The notes: a model not told the origin generated them from the sequence alone. Positions 13,403-27,916 are shown, counted from the first letter of the whole stretch. The stretch: DNA of 63,392 nucleotides, filler included, from Octopus bimaculoides (GCF_001194135.2; 5 parts of 5 records of this genome joined end to end with filler, not necessarily neighbours in it), one strand, 5' to 3'. Made by a program: numbers and translations.

Positions 13403-14583
13403 AGTGGTAACTACTAGGGTAGGGTAGCTAATTGCTTATTGTGATCATTCGTCTTTTGGCTTCCTGTAGCTTTGCTCTCTTTTACAAACCCAGTGAACAT
13501 ACATATATTTCTGATTTCAAAGAAATTTGAACAATAGATAAGAGGCCCAAGTTAGAAAAGTTCCCAACAATTCAGCTTCTCTGGTTGACTTTAAGATTCC
13601 TACTCTCAAAGGGACCTTAACTCCCACATTTTATAGCTCCATGAGGTCCATTTTTCAGGAGCAAAATCCTTTCTATACGTTCCATAACATCTGAATTTTG
13701 GAATCTGGGCATAAAGATGAGTNNNNNNNNNNNNNNNNNNNNNNNNNNNNNNNNNNNNNNNNNNNNNNNNNNNNNNNNNNNNNNNNNNNNNNNNNNNNNN
13801 NNNNNNNNNNNNNNNNNNNNNNNNNNNNNNNNNNNNNNNNNNNNNNNNNNNNNNNNNNNNNNNNNNNNNNNNNNNNNNNNNNNNNNNNNNNNNNNNNNNN
13901 NNNNNNNNNNNNNNNNNNNNNNNNNNNNNNNNNNNNNNNNNNNNNNNNNNNNNNNNNNNNNNNNNNNNNNNNNNNNNNNNNNNNNNNNNNNNNNNNNNNN
14001 NNNNNNNNNNNNNNNNNNNNNNNNNNNNNNNNNNNNNNNNNNNNNNNNNNNNNNNNNNNNNNNNNNNNNNNNNNNNNNNNNNNNNNNNNNNNNNNNNNNN
14101 NNNNNNNNNNNNNNNNNNNNNNNNNNNNNNNNNNNNNNNNNNNNNNNNNNNNNNNNNNNNNNNNNNNNNNNNNNNNNNNNNNNNNNNNNNNNNNNNNNNN
14201 NNNNNNNNNNNNNNNNNNNNNNNNNNNNNNNNNNNNNNNNNNNNNNNNNNNNNNNNNNNNNNNNNNNNNNNNNNNNNNNNNNNNNNNNNNNNNNNNNNNN
14301 NNNNNNNNNNNNNNNNNNNNNNNNNNNNNNNNNNNNNNNNNNNNNNNNNNNNNNNNNNNNNNNNNNNNNNNNNNNNNNNNNNNNNNNNNNNNNNNNNNNN
14401 NNNNNNNNNNNNNNNNNNNNNNNNNNNNNNNNNNNNNNNNNNNNNNNNNNNNNNNNNNNNNNNNNNNNNNNNNNNNNNNNNNNNNNNNNNNNNNNNNNNN
14501 NNNNNNNNNNNNNNNNNNNNNNNNNNNNNNNNNNNNNNNNNNNNNNNNNNNNNNNNNNNNNNNNNNNNNNNNNNNNNNNNNNN

Positions 14584-14624
<41 letters not shown>

Positions 14625-15149
14625 ACACACACGCACTTATACATATGTACGTATGTATTCGCATTATTCATCACAAAACCATTGAAACACGTTAACTTGA
14701 CCACCACATATCGCCACAACTACGTCAAGCAATGGCAATCATCGTTTACAGGTATGTTTATACTTATTACTATATTTACGTACATTCACTGGTGAACTGT
14801 GCGATTGCAAAGCTTGTAACTGTGAACTGAATATGTAGTTTACAGCTTTCAATAATCCCAAACGACTTAGTACTCTGAAAATAAGCCTTATCTTTGCTTT
14901 AAATTTTGTATGTGTGAACGTGCATTTGCGCGCACACGTACACACACACACACGCCCACACACGTACATGCGCACAAACGCACACACGCACGCACGCACA
15001 CACACATGCACATAGATGTCGCAATGTATGAATTGTAGAACATATACAAGTGTATTTTTATACAGCGCACAAAAATTATCTGATAAGTCGACGCTTGGCC
15101 TAGAGTGGAAAATTATGGTTATTATTAGGAAAAGTGACAAATTATTCGA

Positions 15150-16230
15150 GTTTCACCCGGTAGCCTGAATTAGACCATTGCTATGCAAACATGCTTGTTG
15201 GTTACATTGAGACAGTCCAACCACAGAACTCTATTGTGGGTACATCAATGATTGTATAGGTGCCATCCTTCAAACACCCAAGAACAACTCACCATTTTTA
15301 TCGAATTCACTTTCTTCCTGCCAGCCCTTAACTTCACTTACACCATCTCCTACTCACCCCATTTCCTTGTCTTTCAATTTCATTGACATCTCTGTTATCA
15401 TTGGCCACCTAAACCTCTCCTTCGTGTTTTCAATAAACCAACAAGCTCCTACTCTTTCTTGTATTTTGACTACCAAAACCGCTCCAAATTTTTCATCTCC
15501 TACTCATAATTCTTAAGCTTCCACCGCCTCTGTAGCCATGATTACGAGTTCGAGACCACGTAGCTTCTGATGACCCTCTTATATGTGTGTCGTGGTTACT
15601 ACTAACAATTGTAAATGATGTTCTCCTCTGTGCCATAACATTGATTGAATATGCGCCTGCACTATGCGTACCATCGCTACGTTCAATTGTTTCCCCTTCC
15701 CTCTCACCTAACATCCAGATACCTTACCTTTACAACAGGCCGTCTTGCACAATTTCCGCCTCCACTCAAACATCGCTACTTTCCCCATATACCATGAACG
15801 TCTCATTCTCTCCTTCAAACAGACTTCTAAATTGCGTGACCAGTTGGTCTGTGGCTCCTGGGCCTAATGAATGCTCCTTGGGCCTAATGAATGCTCCTTA
15901 CTTATTACTGACCATTTCACATTTGCCTCTAGAAATGTAAGCTATGGTCTTAGATAACAATTTTGTGGCCTCTTATATGCTGGGAAAACCGGCCGATGTT
16001 AGTGAATCGTACTACTGAGCATTTACGAGATATCTTAAACAATACTACATTGCGAGCATGACTTTGTCCAACTCAAGCGCACGCACTATTTCCTACTTGT
16101 CAGTCTGTGGTATTACTTCAAGCCGTGGCTTCTCTGCTTCTTGATAGCATGAAGAACAACGCCTGATTTTCCAGTTTGGCAACTCTCCTGATACGTGTGT
16201 GAATAGCCTTGTCTCCTTTACATTAATGCA
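15150..16230 (+). mobile_element. Degenerate Penelope-like element (RT to GIY-YIG)
   Basis: YANMLVGYIE (15183), YINDCIG (YIDD-like, 15241), PALNFTYTIS, GKTGRC..NRTTEHLRDI (~15985) and EEQRLIFQFG (16151), in PLE order. Confidence 0.8.
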
Positions 16231-16387
16231 TCATATAGCAGTGCAATCCACCCTACTACAATACACACCAACAAAACGCGCCTTACCTAAACACATCTCA
16301 AAGACCTCATAGAGTAATCTTAAATTTACACATCACATAGGCTCAACATAACACAGTCACACACATACACGCACACACGCATACGCG

Positions 16388-16429
<42 letters not shown>

Positions 16430-17386
16430 TGCATTTAGATATAACTACTTACTTGATATGCACACACATAATGATACATAATCCATGTCATCTTATATAC
16501 AAAAAAATACCTTCAAACAATTACCTTTTACATTCATTTTCACCATATCTCGCAACATTCAAACACATGCACACAATCATCCCTCGTTTACCATACATAA
16601 GTTCAATACATCCAAACCGCTCCATAAATTTATTACACCTCTCATATTTGCAAGCATTACCATTAGTGTGCATACGGATGTGTGACTATATATGTATGTA
16701 TTTGCGTATGGATGTGTGAATTTATGTGATTGTATGTATATATGAGTATATTCACATATATGTATATTTGCATTCATATTGTATTGCAGGACTCACTGTT
16801 GCTTAAATAGGTAAACAAATTTTATATTGTTATATTGCAATTTACCATATACATATGACAATTTTGTGGCACATCACCGTGCACAAACACAACGATGTTT
16901 TGAGATCCCTTCCTCGCCATTTTCATTCTCTTCCCCAATCGTTCTTTTCCTTCTTTTTTCTCTTTCTCCCTCTCTCTTCCCTCTTTGCTCGTCTCTCACT
17001 CTCTCCCACTCTTACATCTTTGTTCGCCTCTCTCTTTCTCTCTCTTTCTCGCCCTCTGTCCCTTTCTCTTTTTCCTAATTACGACCAGTATGATCCAGAT
17101 TTTGTGTCCAGTATCCCACTCTCCATTTTCCTTTTTACACTAAGCTTGCAATATCACCGAATGCCATAAACTTGTTATCTTTTCTAAATCGTTTTCTCTT
17201 ACTTTTCTTGTTTCTTTTCCTTTCCTTCTCTATGATTCAGGGTTTAACATGAAAGATCAGATACTTTTCTATTCCTTTCATTGATCTGTTTTCATTGTTG
17301 CTTCATTTCACATTTCTACATGTTTTTCGCAACTAATTTCATAAATATGTACTTGCTTCTTACCTCATTCCTTAATCGTGTCACCA

Positions 17387-17460
<74 letters not shown>

Positions 17461-17780
17461 TTGTCTGTTAGTCTGTGTCTCAGTCTGTCTGTCTTGCTAT
17501 ATATATATATATATCAATTTAAATTAAATTAATACAAAAGAATTTGAAAAAGGAAGTAGATAAAAACAAAATAAATAGAATAAATTAAATTAAATCAAAT
17601 TAAACGAGCGTGAATAAACATGGGATACTGATAATGCAGGTACCATGCACATTTACACACACACTAAACATAGACACACACAGAGATATACGCATGCGCA
17701 AATAAAGACACATACAACAGGAATACAAAATGGCAGATCATTAGGAAGGAGAGACCCAAGAAAAGAAAGAAGAAAGCAAA

Positions 17781-17825
17781 GGACCACTGATGAGGTCACA
17801 GAAGTGTGACGAAAGGACTCTGGCC
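17781..17825 (+). ncRNA. Minimal type I hammerhead ribozyme candidate
   Basis: GGACCA-CTGATGA-G-GTCACA-gaag-TGTGAC-GAAA-G-ga-C-TC-TGGCC: intact core, 6-bp stem II, 2-bp stem III, CUC triplet and stem I CCA/TGG. Confidence 0.7.
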
Positions 17826-20800
17826 GAAATACAATTAATATGAAATAAAGTTGAAGCAAATGAACACCAAATATATAGTGCGTGTGTTTTCATTGGCTAA
17901 ATTGGAAACATGACCATCCCAAATATAACAATATATATATGTAAATATAAATATTTATATATATATATCACGTGTGAGAGTAACTTTTTACGGGAACAAT
18001 ATATACACTGATTGATATAAACACACTGCATGTGTGTATATACACGCGAACATACATATATATGTGCATATGTGTATATGTGTGTATGTAAATATGTATG
18101 CATGTATATATGTCCACATGCGCGAGCGCACAGATAAAGCTGATGCTGTGGCGTGGGTAACAGAATTCAGAGTATACTTTGGTGCTTATTTTTGTAAGAA
18201 AATTATTAGGAAGGTATATACATTATATATAACTAATTAATACATGCTGTAATTAATGATATTGATAATTACTTTATGATAATGAGTCGAATATTAAATG
18301 CAACTAATTATGTTAGGTCTTTTTGAAGGGAATAAAAAGGAGAGAAGCTGGCTTGTTTGCTTGTGTGGTATTTATATAAAATATTCAAAGATTAAAACAT
18401 TAAAAATTAACGTTTATATAAATACCTTTTCATCAAATGCACTTCAAATACAAATACGTTACACAAAGACATCACAACCTCATACATCTAGAACTATATA
18501 CGTCGCTTTTGATACACCTTCCCATAAATTATAGATCAAAAGTACATTCGAAGAAACCTTTAATACACTGTACCGCTCGTGTGATAGAGTGAACGTTCAC
18601 TATACTAGCCTTTCCCCTTTTTATTCTCCCGCTAAAAACACCGTCAGTTACTCTATATAAAGATAAACATTATAATTATTTGCATTTAAAATTCGCTTTA
18701 TCATCATAAAGTAATTGCCAATATCAAGGATAATATGTTTTAATTAATCGTATATCACGTATAATCTTTCTTCCTAATAATTCTCTCACAAAATTAATTA
18801 CCCAAATCCTACTCTGCCTGTAATTAGACAAAATATCACTGATATATATAACTGATGTTAATATATTAATTACTACAGCGATAACTGTATCTGCCACCCA
18901 CTTAACGGAAACAAATGCAGGTGTAAACATATAAACATAATTCTATCAAAATACAGTTGTAAGCATAACTGTTTATAAAATATTACCGGGTGACTATTCC
19001 TTTACTTATAAAGACAAAAACCTACTTTGGAACGCATAAAAAAGGTTTCCATTCTTTCCAATTTAGCCAATGAAAATTCTGATACCTCAGCACTGCAACA
19101 CGGGCACAAGATGATAAGGTTAACAAGCCATCCAGTTCAACCCAGTAAACTGACCAATGGATACATCACCTGGAATTCATGAACTTGTTCTCTAGAGGTG
19201 CGGTATGCCATTACACTTTTTTAATTTTATTTTACATGGACACGTGTTCGTTAGATATGGAAATGTTTCCCAGCAGATGATCACTGTCATATTTTACAGA
19301 GGTCTGACGTCGGTCTGAGGATCTATGTATGATTTTTGTTTTGTGGTTGATACTCTTTCAGTTCATTGATAACTCTTTCACTTCATTGACATCTTGGGAT
19401 TTTTATGACATCAAATTTGTAGTTAGTGACAACCTCTACGGCCAGATAAAATGAAATCATGAAAATAAAACAAATCATAATCAGGAGCAAGTTCGCACAA
19501 GATTTTTCCCTCTATTTCACGAAAACTTCCGAAACTGCATTCCAATGTAGGTTCCACCGAACACACATTAGTAATTAAATCACAAAACCTGTTCCTTTCA
19601 ATCAGTAAAATCCCCGACCCTTTGTCTATGTCCGATTTCAGATGCCTACACTACATTCTCCATTGCTTTGAAGAGTAACATTCCTCTACACTATTCGGTT
19701 ACCTGTCCTTTACCATCAAGGATACCTATCAGTCGTTCTCTGTGATTTCCTTTCTCACAATTCTCCTCACTCCGCTTATACCATCGTTATCACATGATCC
19801 CTCAGCAACAGTTAGTATCACCGTCGTTGTATATACCTGATCGATATACAAACACTCCAAACTCTTTCTAACTTTCAAACCTACCTTTTATTAAACTACA
19901 ACCGTCTCTGCCCCTGCTGTCCAACCACTGCTTCACTATGGTCGCATGCTGAGGATTCCTCATGTGAAAAATCAAAAGTAGAAAAAATAGTTATAACAAC
20001 GTTTGAAAAGGAAAACTCTGTATTATGGAAAAGAGGTAATGAGACAAGTATTATGTTCTAGCGGTTTAGTGGAGCTGCATAAATTGTCAGTAAGTTATAA
20101 GAAGTCAAACCATTCTAATTGTGGCTCAAGAATTAGTGGACTGCGTAAAGTACCAAACAGTTATTTTCACTGTTCAAGAAATAACACGTCATTGCCTGTA
20201 CTTGTGATTAAATAGCGATAACTGTTTGCTTATCATATTTTGAGGTCAAAGAAAAGTGCTTACTGAAATGTGGATGAGTCTCTTAATAACTTAAACGAGA
20301 TGTTAACGGGATATCTCACTAAGATGGTTTATAATTATGGCAGACGCCGTACATCGTAGTTCCCGTTGAACCCGAAGACGATTGCTTTAAAACCAAGGAA
20401 GTACCGCTGTTAAATAACAGAGTTATATGAGAAATTCAAGGATCTTCTTGTGGCTGCTTCACTTGCTAGAGATAGCATTCAAGACACCCTCAAATCATAA
20501 TCTTATTGCCTTAAAATAAGAGAGAAATATTGGACAATGTAGCCTCAAATACATACTCTATATCTGAAAAAATAAGATGATTTCCATGACGGCCTACTCA
20601 GTCATGGAAATCGACAATATTAAAAATATCTATAAAAACATCTTCCGGTTGGAAAGTATGAAGCTGTGACAGGCAAATTTGAGGTAATTGTAAGTTAAGT
20701 TGTTTTACTTCTAATACAGTGTAACCACCGCGGCACCATATACAACCAAACCAAACATACTTTCGGTGAAGGATTGATCTCTTTATTGACTGTTAATTTC

Positions 20801-21230
20801 TAAATTAAAGCGAAAAAGTGAGAGAGACTTCACAATCAAAAATTTTTAAATATCTTAGTCTACTGTAACCAAATTTCGGTGAATATTGATATGATTAAAC
20901 TTTAAACAGAGAATGTATAGTTTAAGTTGGGTTTCAGAGCAAAGTCCAGTTTTGACGTGACACGATAAGCTAACTATTATAAATACGATTGTAATTAATA
21001 GCTAATTACATATCAAAATGATGATAATTGGGTTATTTCACCTGTAAATAATAATACAAAACTTAATACTATTTTTGTAATATAACTTTTGCCGAGTTGA
21101 AAGCGACATAACATTATAAACGTTATGGTATCATATGTAAGCCTATTTATAGTTAATACATATCACTTGTATATTTATTTTCAAGTGTGTTCACTGAATG
21201 TGTTTCAATTAACATTATACTGACTGCGGC

Positions 21231-21270
<40 letters not shown>

Positions 21271-22349
21271 NNNNNNNNNNNNNNNNNNNNNNNNNNNNNN
21301 NNNNNNNNNNNNNNNNNNNNNNNNNNNNNNNNNNNNNNNNNNNNNNNNNNNNNNNNNNNNNNNNNNNNNNNNNNNNNNNNNNNNNNNNNNNNNNNNNNNN
21401 NNNNNNNNNNNNNNNNNNNNNNNNNNNNNNNNNNNNNNNNNNNNNNNNNNNNNNNNNNNNNNNNNNNNNNNNNNNNNNNNNNNNNNNNNNNNNNNNNNNN
21501 NNNNNNNNNNNNNNNNCCCTCATCCTCTCACCCCAATGTGCTGCTGCTGTCCTAAGACCCGAAAATTTGGTACACTTCCTGTATCTCTCTGTAATTGTGT
21601 GTTCGCCACGGTGTTGCCATTGTGGTAGTTGTTGTTGTTATTGCCACCGTTGTCACCACCGCTGCTGCTGTCGCTGCTATTCGTGTCGTTGATATTGTTG
21701 TGGCCGTCCGTGGAATTTCTTTTGTATGTATGTGTGTGTGTGTGTGTGTGTGTATGGGTTCGCGTGTGTGTGTGTATGGGTTCGTGTGCATGTTGTTTGT
21801 AACCATGTTCTTTATATGGATTTATTTATTTATTTATTTTATCTATCTCCATTTCTTATATTTATCATAGGTGTGTGACAAATGTATTTATTCATTTATA
21901 ATTTATTTATCTACCTCTGTTTCTTATATGTATCACAAGTAAGTGCATATATGTCTATTGTGTGTGTATTACCCTGTGTATATCTGAGTATTATTTACGA
22001 TTGTTTTCTCTTCTCTTCACTTCTGTCTTTAGTCATGTGGTGTGGTGTGGTGTGGTGGTGGGTGTTACTGTTCTATTCGTGTTTTCTACTGAAGTCCAGT
22101 CTGTCTACTGCTATGTGTGTAGTCTCTGTGATCTGTCTAAGTGTCGTGCCAGTTCTATGCGTCGATAATACTTTAACTTCTATGCTATCAATCGAGTCTC
22201 CATGTTCTGCCTGAGCACGTTGGTAGAGCACTGATGAGCTTTTCTCTTCATTTAGCTATCACCAATGTTCACCTATACGCTCTCCTATGCTGCGAGCAGT
22301 CTCTTCAATGTAGATAGTTGTCATATTTCTGCACCGTCTTTCAGACAAA

Positions 22350-22590
22350 AGCAAAAAAAAAAAATAAAACATGCAACATCCCTGTCAAATATGATATGGA
22401 CATTGAAAGAAAGTAGAATAAGCAACGCCCAGACAGAATGGAAGATAATTGCTAAAGCCAAACATACAGAGGACAGAGTACCAAATGTGAACTATGTATT
22501 ACTGAAAGATTAAGCATTATGCAATCGATAAATAACATTCTAAACATTAGAGATGAGACCTTCTCTCCCTGCATACACAAACAATAAAAC
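22350..22590 (+). mobile_element. Penelope-like GIY-YIG C-terminal remnant
   Basis: SLSNMIWTLKE..EWKIIAKAK, then frameshifted KCELCITE and NIRDETFSPCIHKQ, matching the LSKYIWxLK..WxIxxKA..CxLCxxEK..NxRxE..CxH pattern. Confidence 0.7.
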
Positions 22591-25500
22591 TCTGTGTGTT
22601 CGTTTACGAACACTTGTGTGTTTGCTGTCTGTGGTCGGCGCGTTCGCTTCACCACAGCAGTGAAGTTTTTTCTGGCGTTTTGCCAGAAACCATTGGAGTA
22701 CCTTTGTGAAGAGCCCTGGAATTAAATATCTTACACGGACGGGGTAATAAAAGACTGATAAAAAAAATGTTTGTGCATTATTTGTCAAAATTGTTTTAGT
22801 TTCCCGACCAGATAAAGCAGTTTTTACCGATGGGCATATACTATCTAGGATGAGAATGTCTAGAATATCTTTAATGAAATAGCTATGATTAGGGAGAGAT
22901 AAAGAAAAAAAAAAAATAAGCGTGTATGAGATAGAAAAAGAAGTGTTTAAATCAATGAAAGAGGGTTCAAATGAAAGTTATTTTGGAGAGATATATAATT
23001 AAGGGACTGAGCAATTTGATATAAAATTTAGTATAAGTTTTATTAGAAACATGGTTAAATCATAATAGCACACAATATAATAGAGAAATATAGAAATTAA
23101 CAATCAACAATCAAAAATTAACAAGTATTCAAAGATATAAAATAGGTAATAAAAGATGTATAATTATTAAAGTAGAAACTTCCATTACTACGCAAGAAAG
23201 AGAAGACGAAAAAACAAATGTTATATGAAAGAAAAGATATTTTGCAGCAAGTTAATGACATGGAAGATGAAATTCCTTTTAAAAAAAAATGATGTAAGTT
23301 GCGGTACTATAATTATAGATGCACCAAAGATGAAAAGTAATAACAGTTAGAAATGAAATGAAATGTGTATAATTGTACATACATTTATATACTCCTGTAA
23401 TATTCATACACTAGGTGAATGGAATTTTGAATAAGTTTAATTAATGTGATGTGTGCATCGAATTAACAAGAAAGTGATTCTAAATTGCATCCCAAAATTT
23501 CAGGTACCTCCGTGCTACACGAATGACAATTATCGCCACCTTTTGTATATTAGTACAGTTTGTATTAAATTCCACGCAATAGATTGGTTAATATCTTTGT
23601 CTTTCAAGTCCCAGATTCATTTTGCTAAAGATGTATTATGTACCTTTCTTCCATTGTTAGAAGAATTTAAGTGGTTATTCAACCTTTCGGCGCTGTGGCA
23701 CTGGTATAACCTTTCCAAATGTCTAGAGTAAACATTTATATACTATATACTTTCGGAGGCACTGGTTATCCAAAGAACAATTAAATCTGTTCCTGAAGTT
23801 ACACAAACGAACAGGTTTTCTAGATAGTGAGGAAACATTACCGTATGTTACTAAATTATTACGAAATATTTCCATTAGATTGAAAAGTATCATTAAGAGG
23901 GACACTAGATATGCACAAACTGGCAAAATCTTTATTACTAATTACGTATTTACTAATATTGACTAATTTCCTGCTGTTCAAAGCGGCTTTATTTTCTATT
24001 ATATAAGAAATAGTAGAATAATACAATTTAATTGTGTGCCTATTAAATAGATTAAGCGATTTACTAGGATGGTAAAGCTTATCAAATTCTCCGAAAAATA
24101 TAGTAGGCTGGTTCGTGGTTACCTGTTTTCCGAAGAGGGCCTAAAACCACAGAATAGTTAGCTTATATAATATATTCGTTTCTTATTTATATTGCGGTGT
24201 GTGATATAACCCAATTTTGAATTAGGGTTTTCTTCATTATTAAATTAGGTAAGGCCACTCCACATGTTAGCGTTTCTATGCGTACTTGCTTGAGTGTGTG
24301 TAAAACCTTAACTTTGGGTGCAATCGTGACTTTTTCTCGCATGGTACTAATGCACGAATTTGGTGGAGAACAAAAGTTTTATGCTTACATACATACAAAT
24401 CATATCCATTCAGTCACTGGATATAATAAATTTATAAAGCCTCGATGTTTTTGATTTTTAATAGTCACATGCAGTGAAACATGACCGCATCAACTTTTCG
24501 ATTACTTTTCTAGCCTAGACATAAATGTATTACAAATTACCTTTCTAGCCTAATACATGAATGTATTACAAATAAAGTCCCAGAATTCCAAGTCTTCTCA
24601 CTTTATCTTTATTCAAGCAATACCACAATCATAATACGGATATATTTACACAAAGATGCAAACCGTGACTGAAATAACGTCAATAAGTCACACAAACACT
24701 AACCCACGGGCAATAAAGGAGCCTAACAAAATGTAATGACTATATATAAACAATTTCCTGTCCACTATACCATATGATAAATTACATTTAGAGGGAATTG
24801 ATTGTTTGGGACAGTCACTAGACATGGTCATCCAACAGTGTCAGCCTTGACTTACAGTGCAAATAATTTTTTGGTCACATGACACTAACGTACGGACGCA
24901 GTGGGAAACTTTAAAAGTTTCTTAGCCTAATCACGTGGTCATCCTCTGCCAATTAAATTTCATGCTCAACAGATACTAATTTGCGACATGTTCTCTCCGT
25001 AAAAATAGGATAGGTTTCGAACATCATTCAGAATCAAGAGAGTTGTAGCATATCCCCACAACTTCCAGTCACATTCAATTTTTGAAAATGAAAAAATCTG
25101 TGAAACCGGAAAAGCCTTAAAACTCAAATCATGTAACAGACTCGAAGTGTACTTTCAATTTCCTTTTTCTCTATTTCAAGACAGTGTGGAATAAAATCAC
25201 TTTCTTTCCTGTAAATTATATACATATATGTGTGTGTGTGTGTGTGTGTGTGGAGTATCATAATAGCCAAAGGAGTGAAAGAATTGCGTGAAACACCAAG
25301 TTACTAATTCTATTTTTGAAGTATTGATTTTTATATAAACATATTAAACACTAATATGTGCATTGATTACCGCATTTTTCTTGTTTGCCGTACATACATA
25401 GAGAGATATGTAAAAATGTGTGTCTGTGCTTATTTATACGAGAAGGTAAATGAGTGCGCATGTATCCGCGTAAAATGTGTATGCTTGTATCAGCATACTC

Positions 25501-26320
25501 GTAACAATATAATTCAAGTCTGTTTTAGTTGATGATGCCGCGCATTTGATCATACCGTGCGGTTTCTTAAAGAGGTGTAATAGCTTCAGAAATCATGTAC
25601 GAGAAACTGTGTGGATGCCAAGCCGATAGTCAGTTGTTGTCAGATGGGTTCAAATGATATCACATGATATCAAAATGATTCTGTCTATGAAGTACGTGAA
25701 AAGTGTCTGTGGAATACTCAAGCATTTCTAATATTATTACAAATTAAATGAGTAGGTAGCCCATTTGATCGAATAACTAGAAATGCACATACATAATTAT
25801 ATATATGCTTTTACGCATTTGTACACATTTATGCACATGTATGTCTGTATGTACGTATCTACATATGTACCTATTTATCTTTCTTTCTCCCTCTCCCCTC
25901 TTTCTCTATATATATACATACACATACACACATATAGATAGTGAGAGGAAAAGACAGAATAGAATATTATTCAAACTAAGAAGTTATTGAAAGAAAAAAG
26001 TGTGGAACAGAATCAATAAACATAATATTAAACTATGTTATGATAACAAGCTGTACACAATAAATTTTAGAGTTGTAAACTTGTACAGGTGCAGAAACCT
26101 ACTTTTTCCTCCGGGAAGATACAAAAGAATAATGTGGTGTAGAAATGATGAACTCTATAAGACATTGTAGATCTAGGAGTTAATAATAACATAGCTGGCA
26201 GATGCAAATTACTGAGTTAGAACGGCAAACTTCAGAACACTTCTTCAATTCAATACCGTCAGTCATGTAGTTCGGAAGATACAATGTAAAACATGCACGT
26301 GATGGTGTGTGTGTGTGTAA

Positions 26321-26367
26321 GAGTGTGACTGAGTGTGACTGAGTGTGACTGAGTGTGACTGAGTGTG
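26321..26367. repeat. 10-bp tandem repeat (GAGTGTGACT) x4 plus partial unit
   Basis: Read directly from the sequence. Confidence 0.95.
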
Positions 26368-26784
26368 CGCGTGAATATATATGTTTATGTGTATATAAAC
26401 ATGTAGGCATATATGTATATATGGAGATGTGTTTAAATTTTTCAGATATTTTTACGTAGACAAATAAAGCTTTTCTAAGCATCGCCTATTATAGCTTATA
26501 AGTTCTTTTGTCAGAAACATTGTCTTCGGAAGCCAGCCAATCTAAACTAATTCACTCCGATCTATATGATCTAAATACTACATATTTAGTTCTGTGTTTT
26601 GTATTAAAAATTAATGGGTTTCTTTTTTTATTATTATTATCCAAAACATAGAGTACTTCTAAAATGTTCATTTTCCACCTCAAGTTGCCTATTTAAAAAT
26701 AAGTAGTTGCATACACATTCTGTGTCCTGACAGTTTGATAACGGTCCTCTGTTTTCTTTTTTTTTTTTTGCAATATTCTTTTCT

Positions 26785-27010
26785 ACTCTAGGTACAAGGC
26801 GTAAAATTTGGAGGGAGGGTGCCAATCGANNNNNNNNNNGCCAATCGATTAGATCGACCCCAGTACGCAACTGGAACTTAATTTATCGATCCCCGAAAGG
26901 ATAAAAGGCAAAGTCGACTTCGGCAGAATTTGAACTCAGAACGTAAAGACAGACTGAATACAGCTAAGCATTTCGCCCGACGTGCTAACGTTTCTGCCAG
27001 CTCGCCGCCT
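26785..27010 (-). mobile_element. tRNA-derived SINE (family B, Meta-like central domain)
   Basis: Reverse complement has AGGCGGCGAGCTGGCAGAA head, GAGTTCAAATTC B box and GTCGACTTTGCCTTT..CCTTTCGGGG central domain. Other copies at ~28017-28137, 28905-29127, 29405-29545 and 58140-58290. Confidence 0.85.
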
Positions 27011-27299
27011 CGCGTATATTGGTTATATACAAGTATGTACCTGTTAACATGTGTGCGTATATATGTGTGTGTGTCTGTGTGTATGTGTGTGTTTGTGTTT
27101 GCGTGTGCGTGTGCGCGCGCGTCCGCATGAGACTGTATTTCTGTATGGACGCATGTAAGAATGTACTTCTCTCTCTCCCTCTCCTTCTCCCCTTTTCTTC
27201 CCTCCTCTCTCTCTCTCTCTCCGTCTCTGCCTCTCTGCCTCTCTCCCTCTCTCTGTCTCTTTTTCTCTAGTTCTCTCTCTCGCACGTTCAAGTGACTGA

Positions 27300-27482
27300 C
27301 CATAGTTCTCAAGGAGATTCAGCATGACACATCGGACTTGACAAGGCTGGCCCACGATTCAATTTTTTCTAGCTGAGTAGACTGGTTTAACGTGAAAGAA
27401 AATGTCCTGCTCAAGGATACAACGCACTTGTGGGAACTAAGGATCGCGAGCAGAATACAGTGGCCGATACGTTACGCGCCTT
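27300..27482 (-). mobile_element. SINE family C copy
   Basis: GGAGATTCAGC..GACAAGGCTGGCCC..CTAGCTGAGTAGACTGG is the reverse complement of the body at 43110-43195. Confidence 0.7.
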
Positions 27483-27549
27483 CACACATCCACCCACACA
27501 CAGATACACACAGACACACACAAATATACGCATACACAAACACACACAC

Positions 27550-27580
<31 letters not shown>

Positions 27581-27630
27581 TGTATGTATGTATGTATGTA
27601 TGTATGTATGTANNNNNNNNNNNNNNNNNN

Positions 27631-27680
<50 letters not shown>

Positions 27681-27885
27681 TATGTATGAATATGTAACAA
27701 GGTAGGCATGCATATATGTCTCAGAACATGTGTACGGTATAAATGTTTACAGGCTTAGCTAGATGTATACGCATGTGCCTGCGTATATAACTGCACTTTA
27801 ACGTTTGCTGTGGAAAGATAGCCCAATGTATTACTGATAGTTATATATAGTTGGTCATATCTGTGTACTGTATTATATGTACAAG

Positions 27886-27916
<31 letters not shown>

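Noticed and set aside
13440-13722. CpG-poor, coding-looking stretch before a gap
   Set aside because: No recognisable motif in the frames I translated, and no clear splice pair.
19300-19326. 27-nt AG/GT-bounded segment (RSDVGLRIY)
   Set aside because: The donor is only moderate and there is no host gene or homology; such matches are expected by chance.
19560-19960. Possible LINE/PLE remnant
   Set aside because: Only weak motif resemblance; not assignable.
22231-22260. CTGATGAG as a hammerhead core
   Set aside because: No stem II or GAAA follows.
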